Below, piece by piece: positions 1 to 9,614 of a stretch of DNA of 64,000 nt. Each line of letters begins with the position of its first letter. The stretch's first letter is position 1. Source of the DNA: Thermoproteota archaeon. GTDB lineage: Archaea > Thermoproteota > EX4484-205 > JAAOZP01. Below the pieces are notes generated by a model. It did no database searches. It saw only the letters and a list, made by a program, of their open reading frames with translations, and was not told where the DNA came from. The stretch is taken from positions 169 to 64,168 of the forward strand of contig JAWBXT010000001.1 in assembly GCA_038867695.1 (NCBI GenBank), written 5' to 3'. A program made the translations under genes and the position numbers.

Positions 1-2
1 GC

Positions 3-242
3 ATTAAGAAGGTTCTTAAACAAGATGGAAAAGCCATAATTATCGACCTCTGCGAGCATTCCTTCGAAGAGTTCAGGAGAGAAATGGGAGACATCCATCT
101 TGGGTTTAAACCCGAAGAAGTTTATAAAATGGCTAGGAAATCTTTTTCAAATGTTGAGGTTAATACTATGCCTGGCATCGGATGCAAATGCTCTGGTCGT
201 TCAGTAGAACTGTTTGTAGCCTATATGCAGAACAGCCCGTAG
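3..242 (+). CDS. C-terminal part of a probable class I SAM-dependent methyltransferase (5' end outside the window)
   Basis: Manual translation IKKVLKQDGKAIIIDLCEHSFEEFRREMGDIHLGFKPEEV...*; the 'VLKxxG+AIIID' and 'HLGF' pattern resembles methyltransferase C-termini; not in the ORF track. Confidence 0.55.
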   Translation: MKKVLKQDGKAIIIDLCEHSFEEFRREMGDIHLGFKPEEVYKMARKSFSNVEVNTMPGIGCKCSGRSVELFVAYMQNSP

Positions 243-407
243 CATTTAGTTGACTCCATTACCAAAACTAATCTTCGACTTACCTTTGACCAATATTTTG
301 CCTTAAGATATTTTCGAAGTTAGAGTTGGACTAGATTTTTTTAAAAAAAAAACGGAAGGCGCCTACGACTCCCTTCTTTCTAACTAATCATTGACAATGT
401 TATTGGA

Positions 408-1283
408 TTAAGGCATCTTGTATTCAATTAGTTCAATCGTCATATTTACACGTAATTCACCCTCTTGGCCAGTGGCTTTAACCTTAATGCTTAACGGTAA
501 GTCTACCCTAATTTGAAAACATTTTTTAAGATCGATCCATGAAGCCCCTTCGCCCGAAATGCTTATGGTTACTTTTTTATTCATGATTGTTACTTCTCCT
601 GAAGCACTTATTTTATGGGTTAAGCGTAAGCAATCAAAGGTTCCCGCTTTAACAGATATGCTTTCCTTACTTGTAATGGATGAGTTGCATGTGCCTACTA
701 ACGTAATCGGCAGGTATGCTTCTTGGAATTTAAGATTCACCAGCATAGTCCATTCATGGCCAATGGGGACAGGGTCTTTAGGATAAGCTTGAATTGTTCT
801 CCAATAACCTTCTAACTCTTCTAAACTCTCCTGCATATACTCTTACAGTTCCTGTGGCTCAATATACTCTATTTCTACTCCGGTTATTGACCCCTTTCTA
901 TCCATCTTGTATTTCACAATCATAGTTGAAGTCAGTTTTTGATTCAAGACGGATACTTGTGTGATAGCTGAATTTCTAATTTTGAATTCGTTATCCGAAA
1001 CCTCCAGTATAGTCAGCGTTTCTTTAGATGAAGTTGAGATTGGAAAACCCGACAGGTCAGATTCCACTCTATACGTTATGTTATACACATAAGATTCGCC
1101 GGGTTTGAAATCATAAGAAAGATCATATTTCTCAGGAGATCGCATTATTAAATATGCAGTGAAGACAACTCCTAGAACTATAATGATAAAAACAACGATA
1201 ATTATTACTTTAAACGGTATTTTAGAAGGAGAAAGTGGTGGCACCTCAGCTTCTCTTATTAATTCCACTTTCTGTCTTAACAT
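408..1283 (-). pseudogene. Membrane-anchored beta-rich exported protein interrupted by one in-frame TAA
   Basis: ORFs 843..1283 and 408..836 share a frame and join as ...EPQEL*EYMQESLEEL...; N-terminal TM helix; 'SISVKAGTFDC' motif in the second half. Confidence 0.65.
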
Positions 1284-1458
1284 ATATCTTATTGTTAATG
1301 AAAAAACATATAAATAAACTTTTTAGCCGTCATTTTCCGTCAATTAATATTTTTAAGAAATTTGAAATTTTTAATAAAAATGACAGTTTTCTATCATATG
1401 TCTAAACATGTGAAGAATTATCTTCTAAAGTAAGCTGTTCTCACTTGTTTTTTCAAAA

Positions 1459-1544
1459 TGGACCGGGAGGGACTCGAACCCTCGACCCTCCGGGGGAACC
1501 ATTCCGGGTGCAAACCGGACATTCTACCACTGAACTACCGGCCC
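1459..1544 (-). tRNA. tRNA-Ala(TGC) with a 14-nt non-canonical intron at 44/45 (1488..1501)
   Basis: GGGCCGG/CCGGTCC acceptor with G3:U70; TCCGG-TTTGCAC-CCGGA anticodon arm; TTCGAGT T-loop; BHB around the insert. Confidence 0.9.
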
Positions 1545-1566
1545 AAAGGTTTTGTTCCACCAGAGG

Positions 1567-1608
1567 GTATATAAATGCTTCCCGAGAAACGGGAAGAAAG
1601 TTTAAAAT
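1567..1608. promoter_or_regulatory. Divergent TATA-type promoters for tRNA-Ala (-) and tRNA-His (+)
   Basis: TTTATATA on - and GAAAGTTTAAAA on +, each about 25-30 nt upstream of the respective tRNA. Confidence 0.55.
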
Positions 1609-1633
1609 GGGCTTTTAATTTTTGACTAGTCGT

Positions 1634-1707
1634 GGCCGCTGTAGCGTAACCAGGCAGCGCGGTGGCCTGTGGAGCCACTTGTCCGAGTTCAAATCTCGGC
1701 GGCGGCC
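1634..1707 (+). tRNA. tRNA-His(GTG), G-1 genomically encoded at 1634
   Basis: GCCGCTG/CGGCGGC acceptor, GTGGC-CTGTGGA-GCCAC anticodon arm, TTCAAAT T-loop, C discriminator. Confidence 0.93.
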
Positions 1708-1721
1708 CTTCCTCAAGCTTA

Positions 1722-1763
1722 ATCGTGATCTTGAGCATACGGTTTTCTCCTCAAGATCACGAT
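1722..1763. repeat. Perfect 14-bp inverted repeat with a 14-nt loop
   Basis: ATCGTGATCTTGAG (1722-1735) and CTCAAGATCACGAT (1750-1763). Confidence 0.85.
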
Positions 1764-1929
1764 AACAACTACTACGACTATTACCATTACTCTATTGCCG
1801 CGTAGATACAGATTGGCATAACCTGTGGGACTAAACGTATATGTTTGGGTGACTGTGTTATCACCCATTATTTTAAACCTGGTTTTTCAGCGAAAACGTT
1901 TTTAAGCTTCTTAGGAAATTAGGTAATAA

Positions 1930-2003
1930 GCCTCGGTAACTCAGCCTGGTAGAGTGGCAGCCTCGTAAGCTGCAGGTCGAGGGTTCAAATCCCTCCCGAG
2001 GCT
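1930..2003 (+). tRNA. tRNA-Thr(CGT)
   Basis: GCCTCGG/CCGAGGC acceptor; GCAGC-CTCGTAA-GCTGC anticodon arm. Confidence 0.93.
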
Positions 2004-2086
2004 TGGGGTGAGTGATTTTCTAAGCCCCCTCAAGGGGCTACTGTCGAATTGCCCTGTGGTTGATAATCCGATAAGAATTTTAACTA

Positions 2087-2180
2087 AGCCCCAGGCGAGA
2101 TTTGAACTCGCGGCCTCCTCCTATCTGGTTTTTCCCACATATTACCAAGGAGGCGCTCTGACCAGCTGAGCTACTGGGGC
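2087..2180 (-). tRNA. tRNA-Thr(GGT) with a canonical 37/38 intron (2123..2142, 20 nt)
   Basis: GCCCCAG/CTGGGGC acceptor; CCTCC-TTGGTA|intron|A-GGAGG; TTGG/CCAG central helix of a BHB-like motif. Confidence 0.92.
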
Positions 2181-2410
2181 TATGTGATTCCGTGTTTTTG
2201 CTGATTTTAAAGTTTTCCAATAGGCTCAAGCCGAACTTTATTCAGAAGGTAATTTGGTAATGTTTTTTCTTCTCCGTATGATTTATTTGATACTAATAAA
2301 AATACGTTTATTCTCCACGACCAAGATATAATGTTTTTGAACAAATTAGTAAAGAAGACTGTATTGAAACCCATATAAAAAGCTATATAAGTTAGCTGAT
2401 GCAATGAAGG

Positions 2411-2782
2411 ATGATGCAAAAAGTAATTGTGGAGGATATAAATGAAGAATCCTCGGAGGAGGAGTTAGTATCTGAGATTCTTGAAATAAGAAGCATGATA
2501 AGTTTAGTGAAAAAGAAAGCGGTTGAGGCGGAGACTGACAAAGACGTTGAAAAACTCGAGTCTCTCCTGCGAATTCTTAAGCTTGAAATGATTAAGAGAA
2601 CAATGCTGCTCGTCAATAAGTGTGGTTTAGGCATAGGGCTTCCGATGGCCCAAGTATTACACAATGGTGGGGGAAGTACTTGGGAACCATTTTACGACGA
2701 TTTTTCGAAGCTTGAAGAGAAGTTAAATAGAGCCTACCGTGCTGCAAGAGATATGTTGAATAATCTGAGCAGGCTGGTTTAA
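2411..2782 (+). CDS. Hypothetical helical/coiled-coil protein
   Basis: 123-aa ORF, E/K/L-rich, ends 3 nt before rpiA. Confidence 0.65.
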   Translation: MMQKVIVEDINEESSEEELVSEILEIRSMISLVKKKAVEAETDKDVEKLESLLRILKLEMIKRTMLLVNKCGLGIGLPMAQVLHNGGGSTWEPFYDDFSKLEEKLNRAYRAARDMLNNLSRLV

Positions 2783-2785
2783 GGG

Positions 2786-3490
2786 ATGAGTAGTCTCCTT
2801 GCCGGCCTGAGGAAATCAGCTTCAAGAAGAGCATTACCTCATATTAAACCAGGAATGATCGTGGGTCTCGGTTCGGGGAGCACGATTGCAGAATCCTTTT
2901 TACCCATTATGATTGAGGAAGCGGGGACAGATGTCGTAAAGAATGTTTTATTCGTTCCTTCTTCCCGCCAAATAGAGTTTAGGGCTCTAGAGATGGGGTT
3001 GAAACTTCTCAGTCTTAATCAGATAGACCATGTTGATTTAACTATAGATAGTGCAGACGTCATAGAGAGAAAAACATTAATTGCAATAAAAGGTGGAGGC
3101 GGAGCTTTTCTAATAGAGAAAGTTCTGAGCTCTATCTCAGAGAAGCTTATTCTCATCGCCGATGAGAATAAGCTTGTCGAAAAAATTCAACCGGGTTTTC
3201 CTATTCCCGTTGAAGTTCCTCCCGACTTCGTTATACTCATTAAAAAACGTCTTGAAAAAGCTCTTGGCGTGAATGTTAAGATTAGAACTGGAAGCGGCAA
3301 GGTGGGTCCTGTCATAACTGACCTAGGAAATGCTATTATAGATGTGCCGCTACCAGAGAATTATAGTTTGGAGCAATTAGACAACTTTCTCAGGAGCATA
3401 CCGGGAGTATTAGAGAACGGTATTTTTAAAGGTCTGGTAAGTAAGGCCTATGTGGGTACGAGCGATGGAGTACTAGAGTTAGAAAGGTGA
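2786..3490 (+). CDS. rpiA: Ribose-5-phosphate isomerase A
   Basis: GLGSGST, DSADV, IKGGGGA-x3-EK, GVLENGIF motifs. Confidence 0.95.
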   Translation: MSSLLAGLRKSASRRALPHIKPGMIVGLGSGSTIAESFLPIMIEEAGTDVVKNVLFVPSSRQIEFRALEMGLKLLSLNQIDHVDLTIDSADVIERKTLIAIKGGGGAFLIEKVLSSISEKLILIADENKLVEKIQPGFPIPVEVPPDFVILIKKRLEKALGVNVKIRTGSGKVGPVITDLGNAIIDVPLPENYSLEQLDNFLRSIPGVLENGIFKGLVSKAYVGTSDGVLELER

Positions 3491-4218
3491 GGATGTTACC
3501 AATGGATCTTGAAAACATTGAAAGAATAAGATTTCTGCTGAGAGAATCTTTGACAGACATAGAGCTTGTATCTTACAACTTGGATAGGATCGTTAAAAAT
3601 CTTAGACAGAAAGATAGCGAGTATTTGCAAAAGGTGAGCTTCTTCCTCGAGAAGAAGGACCATGAGAGGGCTAGGGCATATGCACAGGAAATAGCTATGC
3701 TCAGGAAAGTTGCTAAAATAATCTATCAGTCGAGCCTCCTAGTGCTGACCATTAAGCTTAGACTTGAAACACTCATTGAATCCGAGGAGCTTTATGGAAT
3801 GGTACCGTCACTCATCAGGCTATTATCTGCGGTAAATGAAGTAGGACCTCTGCCAAACTTAGAGAAGGAGTTTGTAGGTGTTAAGGCTAAGCTTGAGGAG
3901 GCTGCTGCAATAATAACCAGCTCAACGGAAATCAGGCTAGATTCTATGAGCGATGAAGCTGAGAAAGTAATTAAAGATGCTGAGAAACTCGCCTTGATGA
4001 AGATTGAAAGCACTTTTCCCAAAGTGCCTCAAAATGTTATTCTAAAGGAGGAAGCGAAACAGAGGGTTTTTGAATACCTTAAAGCTAATTCTGATTCGTT
4101 TAATATTGAGAAGTGTGCAAAAGACCTTTCGATGAGTAGGGAGGATGTTGAAAAGATGTTGAACGAGCTAGTTAAAGAAAGAAGAGTAATAATAAAGCAT
4201 GGGGAAGAGACTATCTAA
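3487..4218 (+). CDS. cdvB: ESCRT-III (Snf7/CdvB-like) protein with a putative C-terminal winged-helix domain
   Basis: 'ERARAYAQEIAMLRK...KLRLETL' Snf7 core; FPKVP linker; HTH-like C-terminus. Confidence 0.8.
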   Translation: MRMLPMDLENIERIRFLLRESLTDIELVSYNLDRIVKNLRQKDSEYLQKVSFFLEKKDHERARAYAQEIAMLRKVAKIIYQSSLLVLTIKLRLETLIESEELYGMVPSLIRLLSAVNEVGPLPNLEKEFVGVKAKLEEAAAIITSSTEIRLDSMSDEAEKVIKDAEKLALMKIESTFPKVPQNVILKEEAKQRVFEYLKANSDSFNIEKCAKDLSMSREDVEKMLNELVKERRVIIKHGEETI

Positions 4219-5369
4219 ATAGAACCCTTTTCCTTCCTCCACTCCTCCATTTTAATCAAGCTTTCCTTACTTATGCTGCTACCCCTGTTTCTTATAGCTT
4301 TAACTAGATCCTCCATCGTTACGGGTCTTGGGTTCCCCTTCATTGGATCTCCTTGTTCGAAGAATTCTTCAATAGTCATTTTAAAAGCATCTTTACATAT
4401 ATTCTCAATATCGTGAGCAGAGTAGCCCTCTGTCAGGCGAGCAAGCTCATCGTAATATATGGGCGGCTTAAGGCTGAGCTTAGAGGTAAAATACATGAAA
4501 AGTCTTTTCCTAGCCCTTAGATCAGGAGGGGGCACATATATCCTTTCTTCAAACCTCCTTAGAAAAGCGTCTGGAAGCAACCAAGGATTGTTGGTTGCAG
4601 CTATAACGTACACGTGTTCAACTCTACCCTTGCTTAATAGGCCATCCATTTCCTGCTGGAGTTGTAGCCTAGCCCTAGCTTCACCCCCGGTTTCATAAAC
4701 ATGTGTCCCAACAATACTCTCAACCTCATCGATAAAAACTATCGCAGGTTCACTTGAACTACTGTTCTTCCTCGCATGCTCAAAGAGCTTTGCTATATTC
4801 TTCTCGGACTCGCCCAGCCATTTTGAGAGTATCGATGATGCTTTAACCAGATAAAAAGTTGCTCTAATACTATTAGCCAAGGCTGCTGCTAGAAGAGTCT
4901 TACCACAACCTGGCGGACCGTAAAAGAGTATTCCTGTAGACCATGGTAGCTTGTATACATCGGGTCTGATAGTTGGAAATATCACGTTCACATATAGCTT
5001 CTTCTTAGCCTCGTCCAAATCAACGATATCATCCCACTTTACAGAGGGTTTCTCGATTAGAACGACGTCTTGGAGCCACTTATCTTCTTCTTTCTTCTCA
5101 GTTTTATCAACATAAACGACTTCCTCCTTTTTCTTAGCCAAACTATCGAGCTTCTCAACCCTTTTCTGATATTCTCTAATCCTATCCAGATACACTCTCT
5201 TTATGCTGTCATTATCTGAAAGCGTATAAAGCTGCATAAGTATCTCGATAGTCTCTCTATAGAGCCTTATGGCGGACTTGTAGTCTCCCTGACTATCTAA
5301 GCTGACAGCTTCATGAGCTTTTCTTATCGCAGTTCTTTCAAGCTCAGTCCTCCAGCTTGAACTGGACAC
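4215..5369 (-). CDS. cdvC: Vps4/CdvC AAA+ ATPase with N-terminal MIT domain
   Basis: MIT-like 'AIRKAHEAVSLDSQGDYKSAI'; GPPGCGKT; FIDEVE; SKWLGESEK; RRFEERIY. Confidence 0.92.
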   Translation of the reverse strand: MSSSSWRTELERTAIRKAHEAVSLDSQGDYKSAIRLYRETIEILMQLYTLSDNDSIKRVYLDRIREYQKRVEKLDSLAKKKEEVVYVDKTEKKEEDKWLQDVVLIEKPSVKWDDIVDLDEAKKKLYVNVIFPTIRPDVYKLPWSTGILFYGPPGCGKTLLAAALANSIRATFYLVKASSILSKWLGESEKNIAKLFEHARKNSSSSEPAIVFIDEVESIVGTHVYETGGEARARLQLQQEMDGLLSKGRVEHVYVIAATNNPWLLPDAFLRRFEERIYVPPPDLRARKRLFMYFTSKLSLKPPIYYDELARLTEGYSAHDIENICKDAFKMTIEEFFEQGDPMKGNPRPVTMEDLVKAIRNRGSSISKESLIKMEEWRKEKGSI

Positions 5370-5547
5370 TTCTATTCTAATTTCATTATCACGTAAGTTT
5401 CCTAATTAAGTTTTCCATTTAGAAAGCTTTCTGAATATAATATCTATCCAAATGTGGCCTTTGTATCTAGCGGCTCGCTTATGTTTTCTTATCGTAAACC
5501 ATTTCAAAAAATATTTAAGCTACGTCAATAGTTTTAACTGACTAAAA

Positions 5548-6162
5548 ATGGTTCCATTACCATGGAAGAAGCCTCGACCTCCTCCTCAGCCAGCTGATAC
5601 TACGACTTTCCAAGACACTCTCAGAGAAGCTGTTATGATGCTTAAGGTTCAGGAGCAGAACCTCGACCGTATTTATAGCAGGATAAAGGCAAGAGACGAA
5701 CAGCTTTTCAAAGAGGTAGAAAAAGCACTTGTAGAACGGGATAATTCTCGAGCCTTAGTCTACGCTAATGAGGTTGCTCAAGTAAGGAAGATGGGTAAGA
5801 TTATCCTAAGCAACAAGCTTGCTCTTGAGAGAGTAATACTCCGGCTTGAGGATACACTGGACTTTAAAGATACACTGAAAGTCTTAGGTCCTGTTGTGAA
5901 CGTTGTTAATAGGGTTGGGAGCGAGATAAGAAACGTGGCGCCTCAGGTAGCCGAGAGCCTAAGACAGATAGAGGATATGATGAACCGCGTACTAATACAG
6001 GCTGGTGAAGTTTCCGGTTACGAACCGTATGTCTCAACAGACAGAGAGGCTGATCAAATTCTTAGAGAAGCATCTGTATTAGCGTCGCAGAAGATGAAAT
6101 CTAGTTTTCCAGATATACCGGAATCCATTAGACAACAGATGGAGGAGACTAGTTCTGGATAG
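5548..6162 (+). CDS. Second ESCRT-III (Snf7/CdvB paralog) without a wH domain
   Basis: 'RALVYANEVAQVRK...LALERVILRLE'; 'EADQILREA'; FPDIP motif. Confidence 0.85.
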   Translation: MVPLPWKKPRPPPQPADTTTFQDTLREAVMMLKVQEQNLDRIYSRIKARDEQLFKEVEKALVERDNSRALVYANEVAQVRKMGKIILSNKLALERVILRLEDTLDFKDTLKVLGPVVNVVNRVGSEIRNVAPQVAESLRQIEDMMNRVLIQAGEVSGYEPYVSTDREADQILREASVLASQKMKSSFPDIPESIRQQMEETSSG

Positions 6163-6170
6163 AAATACAG

Positions 6171-6989
6171 TCAAGAACTGTATCCCAGTCTAGTAGCAGC
6201 CTTCAGGCTTTTCGCGTAATTAGTTAACCCTTCTAAGAGGCTTGTTAAATTGCCATATTTCTCTTCCACAAGTTTTACAAAAGCACTCCCAACTATAGCA
6301 CCATCCGCACCACACGATATTACTGATTTCACGTGCTCAGGCTTAGATATGCCGAACCCTACAGCTAGGGGGATTGTATTTACGGTATATGGGTGTAATC
6401 TCCTTATTGTTTGGATAGTGAGCTGAGCAACCTGCTCTCTCATACCGGTTACACCGAAGATTGATACAAGGTATAGGAATCCTGATGTCATCTTCAGTAT
6501 TTTTCCCAGCCTGCTAGAAGATGTAGAAGGAGCTGCAAGGAAAATCGTGTTAATACCATTTTTCTCAGCATTATCCTTGTATTCTTCAGCTTCCTCAATA
6601 GGCAAGTCTGCTACAATTATTCCGTCGACACCGCTCCTATTTGCATCTTCCAAGAATTTTCCAATCCCCCTCTTGAAGATAATGTTATAGTATGTTAACA
6701 GGACTATGGGTATTTCAACAGCCTTTTTCACTTCTTTAACTATGTTTAAAACAGTATCTGGAGTCGTACCTGCATTGAGTGCTCGAACATCAGAAGCCTG
6801 TATCACAGGTCCGTCTGCTATTGGATCAGAGAATGGGATTCCAATCTCAACGATGTCTATCCCTCCCTTTACAAGAGCTTCAACTATTCTAGGAGTATAC
6901 TTTGGAGAGGGGTCTCCTCCAGTCACGTAGGCGATTAACGCGCCTTCATTGCGTTTCTTTAACTCTCGAAATGTTTCAGGAATACTCAT
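6171..6989 (-). CDS. trpA: Tryptophan synthase alpha chain
   Basis: IEIG-like '[18 protein letters not shown]'; VGFGIS; GAIVGSA. Confidence 0.97.
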   Translation of the reverse strand: MSIPETFRELKKRNEGALIAYVTGGDPSPKYTPRIVEALVKGGIDIVEIGIPFSDPIADGPVIQASDVRALNAGTTPDTVLNIVKEVKKAVEIPIVLLTYYNIIFKRGIGKFLEDANRSGVDGIIVADLPIEEAEEYKDNAEKNGINTIFLAAPSTSSSRLGKILKMTSGFLYLVSIFGVTGMREQVAQLTIQTIRRLHPYTVNTIPLAVGFGISKPEHVKSVISCGADGAIVGSAFVKLVEEKYGNLTSLLEGLTNYAKSLKAATRLGYSS

Positions 6990-8188
6990 ATTTTAACACC
7001 CAATTCGTTTGCAACAACTTCTACATCCTTATCTCCTCTGCCGGATAAGTTTACTATAAGTATCTCGTCCATACTCATTTTCTCGGCAAGCTTCTTAGCG
7101 TAAGCTAAGGCGTGGCACGGTTCTAACGCTGGTATTATACCTTCAAGCTTAGATAATTCGAGGAAAGCCTCAAGAGCCTCGTCGTCTGTAACAGCATCGT
7201 ATTTAACCCTCCCTATACTCTTGAGAAAACTATGCTCCGGCCCTACTCCAGGATAGTCTAGACCTGCTGAAATGCTGTGTGTAGTCAATATCTGTCCATT
7301 ATCGTCTTGTAGAACATAAGATAGCATTCCATGGAAAACACCTTCAGAGCCGGCACAGAGGCTTGCCGCATGCCTCCCCGTATAAAGCCCCTCTCCAGCA
7401 GCTTCAACGCCATAGAGCTCCACGTCTTTGTCTTCGATGAACGGGTAGAATATCCCAATCGCATTACTTCCTCCTCCAACGCAGGCAACTATTGCATCTG
7501 GAAGTCTCCCTTCTTGGGTGAGTATCTGCTCCCTCGTCTCAATACCAATAATGCTCTGGAAGTCTCTGACGATCATAGGGTAAGGATGCGGCCCGACGAC
7601 GGAGCCTATTAGATAATAAGTAGTCTGAACATTAGTAACCCAATCTCTCAAGGCCTCGTTTATCGCATCCTTAAGCGTTTTCGAACCTGATTCAACAGAG
7701 TGTACTTCTGCACCCAGGAGCCTCATCCTGAAAACGTTTAGGCGTTGCCTCTTCATGTCTTCAGCACCCATGTATATCTCAGCCCTTAAGCCCAATGCCG
7801 CGCAGGCCATGGCTGTTGCTACACCGTGTTGGCCAGCGCCGGTTTCAGCAATGACTCTCGTCTTCCCCATGCTCTTAGCTAGAAGCGCTTGGCCTATTGT
7901 ATTGTTTATCTTATGGGCACCGCCGTGTGCCAAGTCTTCTCTCTTCAAATATATCTTTGGGCCGCCTAGTTTCTCAGTAAGGTTGGCTGCATAGTATAGA
8001 GGAGTGGGCCTGCCAGCGAATTTTTCAAGGTAATACTTCAGTTTCTTCTTAAACTCAGGGTCGTCTCGGAATCTTAAGTATGCTTCTTCAAGTTCTTCTA
8101 GCGCAGGCATGAGTGTTTCTGGGACGAATCTTCCTCCGTAACGTCCGTATTTCCCGTCCTTGGGATATTCGTAAACTATTCTATTCAC
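6986..8188 (-). CDS. trpB: Tryptophan synthase beta chain (TrpB1 type)
   Basis: GAHKINN PLP lysine; [28 protein letters not shown]. Confidence 0.97.
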   Translation of the reverse strand: MNRIVYEYPKDGKYGRYGGRFVPETLMPALEELEEAYLRFRDDPEFKKKLKYYLEKFAGRPTPLYYAANLTEKLGGPKIYLKREDLAHGGAHKINNTIGQALLAKSMGKTRVIAETGAGQHGVATAMACAALGLRAEIYMGAEDMKRQRLNVFRMRLLGAEVHSVESGSKTLKDAINEALRDWVTNVQTTYYLIGSVVGPHPYPMIVRDFQSIIGIETREQILTQEGRLPDAIVACVGGGSNAIGIFYPFIEDKDVELYGVEAAGEGLYTGRHAASLCAGSEGVFHGMLSYVLQDDNGQILTTHSISAGLDYPGVGPEHSFLKSIGRVKYDAVTDDEALEAFLELSKLEGIIPALEPCHALAYAKKLAEKMSMDEILIVNLSGRGDKDVEVVANELGVKI

Positions 8189-8832
8189 GTCTCCGCCTCC
8201 TTTGCTCTCCTGATAAACGTTAACACTTTCTCCGGGTCTTTAACGCCCGGCCTTGCTTCAACGCCGGTTGAAACATCGACTGCATACGGTTTAACGATAT
8301 TCACGGCGGTTGCGACATTCTCAGGGGTCAGACCTCCAGCTAATACTAATGGCTTGGGCTGAAGCCTGTCTCGTATAATCCTGCTTAGCCTCCAGTCATG
8401 GGTTTTACCTGAGCCTCCTAATCCATTATCCGTCGAACTATCTAAAAGCACCATTTCGAATAATTTAGAATATTCTACCGCCAAGTCTAGAGCATTGGGG
8501 AGCCTAGCGTTTACTGCTCCTATGACTCTTTTCCCACGAGCCTCCTCAGCAAAACGGGTTAGTAAACTAGGTTCACCGTGTAACTGTATGTAGTCTGCAC
8601 CGAGTTGCATAACGCTATTCAAATCCTCCAGGTTCCTGGAGACTGTGACAACTACGCTCTTAATGCTGGTCGGAATGGCAGATATTAAGCGGGCAGCGGC
8701 ATCGTGCTTCAGGTTTCTTGGAGAAGAGGGAACGTTTACGACGAACCCTACGAAATCTGCTCCAGCATTTACGGCTAATTCAAGGTCTTCAACTCTGGTT
8801 ATTCCGCATATTTTTACTCTTACCATTTTCAA
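8185..8832 (-). CDS. trpF: Phosphoribosylanthranilate isomerase
   Basis: [28 protein letters not shown]. Confidence 0.95.
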   Translation of the reverse strand: MKMVRVKICGITRVEDLELAVNAGADFVGFVVNVPSSPRNLKHDAAARLISAIPTSIKSVVVTVSRNLEDLNSVMQLGADYIQLHGEPSLLTRFAEEARGKRVIGAVNARLPNALDLAVEYSKLFEMVLLDSSTDNGLGGSGKTHDWRLSRIIRDRLQPKPLVLAGGLTPENVATAVNIVKPYAVDVSTGVEARPGVKDPEKVLTFIRRAKEAET

Positions 8833-9614
8833 TCCACTTCAACAAAGCTCCTGATTTTTTCCCCAACATTTTCCGAAAGCATAATAGAGGTACCGATTAG
8901 AAATGCATCTACACCGTATTCTCTTAAGAGTCTTATTTGCTCAGGAGACTCTATTCCGCTTTCGCTTACAATTATTTTTCCACATTTACCGTATTTGCTG
9001 AGTATGGTCACGGTGGTATTGACGTCTACGTTCAGATTAGAAAGGTTCCTATTGTTTATCCCAATCATATCCGCTTCCGAATCTACAACTTTAAGAAACT
9101 CGTCTTCAGTATGAACCTCTAGTAGAACCTCCATGCCATAATAATGAGCAAGGCAAATCATCTCTTCTAAATCAAATTTAGAAAACCCTCTATCGAATAA
9201 TGTTTGAATAAGCAGTATTGCATCGGCTCCGATTCGCGAAGCTGTCTCGATTTGAGCATTACTTACAATAAAATCTTTCATTAAAAGAGGTAGGCTTACA
9301 ATCTTCCTAATTTCCTTAAAGACATCTAGGGACCCGTGGAAGTATTTAGGTTCTGTTAAGACAGAAATACCGACTGCTCCGGCCCTCTCTGCGGAAAGGG
9401 CTATCTGAACAGCCTCCTCTTTTTTTCTCAAAAAACCTTTTGACGGAGATGCTGATTTAAACTCGGCTATAACCGGATTCTTACTACAGGACAATATTGC
9501 TTTTCTTAAGCTAACTTTTTCATGTTCAACAGTATCCGCATTGTAATAACCGGATTCTATAGTTTCAATAACATTCTTCATAATTTTCTCCAGAAAGTCA
9601 ACCATTATTTTCAA
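8829..9614 (-). CDS. trpC: Indole-3-glycerol phosphate synthase
   Basis: IAEFKSASPSKG; ISVLTE; GINNRNL; VSESGI. Confidence 0.95.
   Translation of the reverse strand: MKIMVDFLEKIMKNVIETIESGYYNADTVEHEKVSLRKAILSCSKNPVIAEFKSASPSKGFLRKKEEAVQIALSAERAGAVGISVLTEPKYFHGSLDVFKEIRKIVSLPLLMKDFIVSNAQIETASRIGADAILLIQTLFDRGFSKFDLEEMICLAHYYGMEVLLEVHTEDEFLKVVDSEADMIGINNRNLSNLNVDVNTTVTILSKYGKCGKIIVSESGIESPEQIRLLREYGVDAFLIGTSIMLSENVGEKIRSFVEVD

Noticed and set aside
1535..1738. 67-aa ORF
   Set aside because: Overlaps tRNA-His, its promoter and the start of tRNA-Ala
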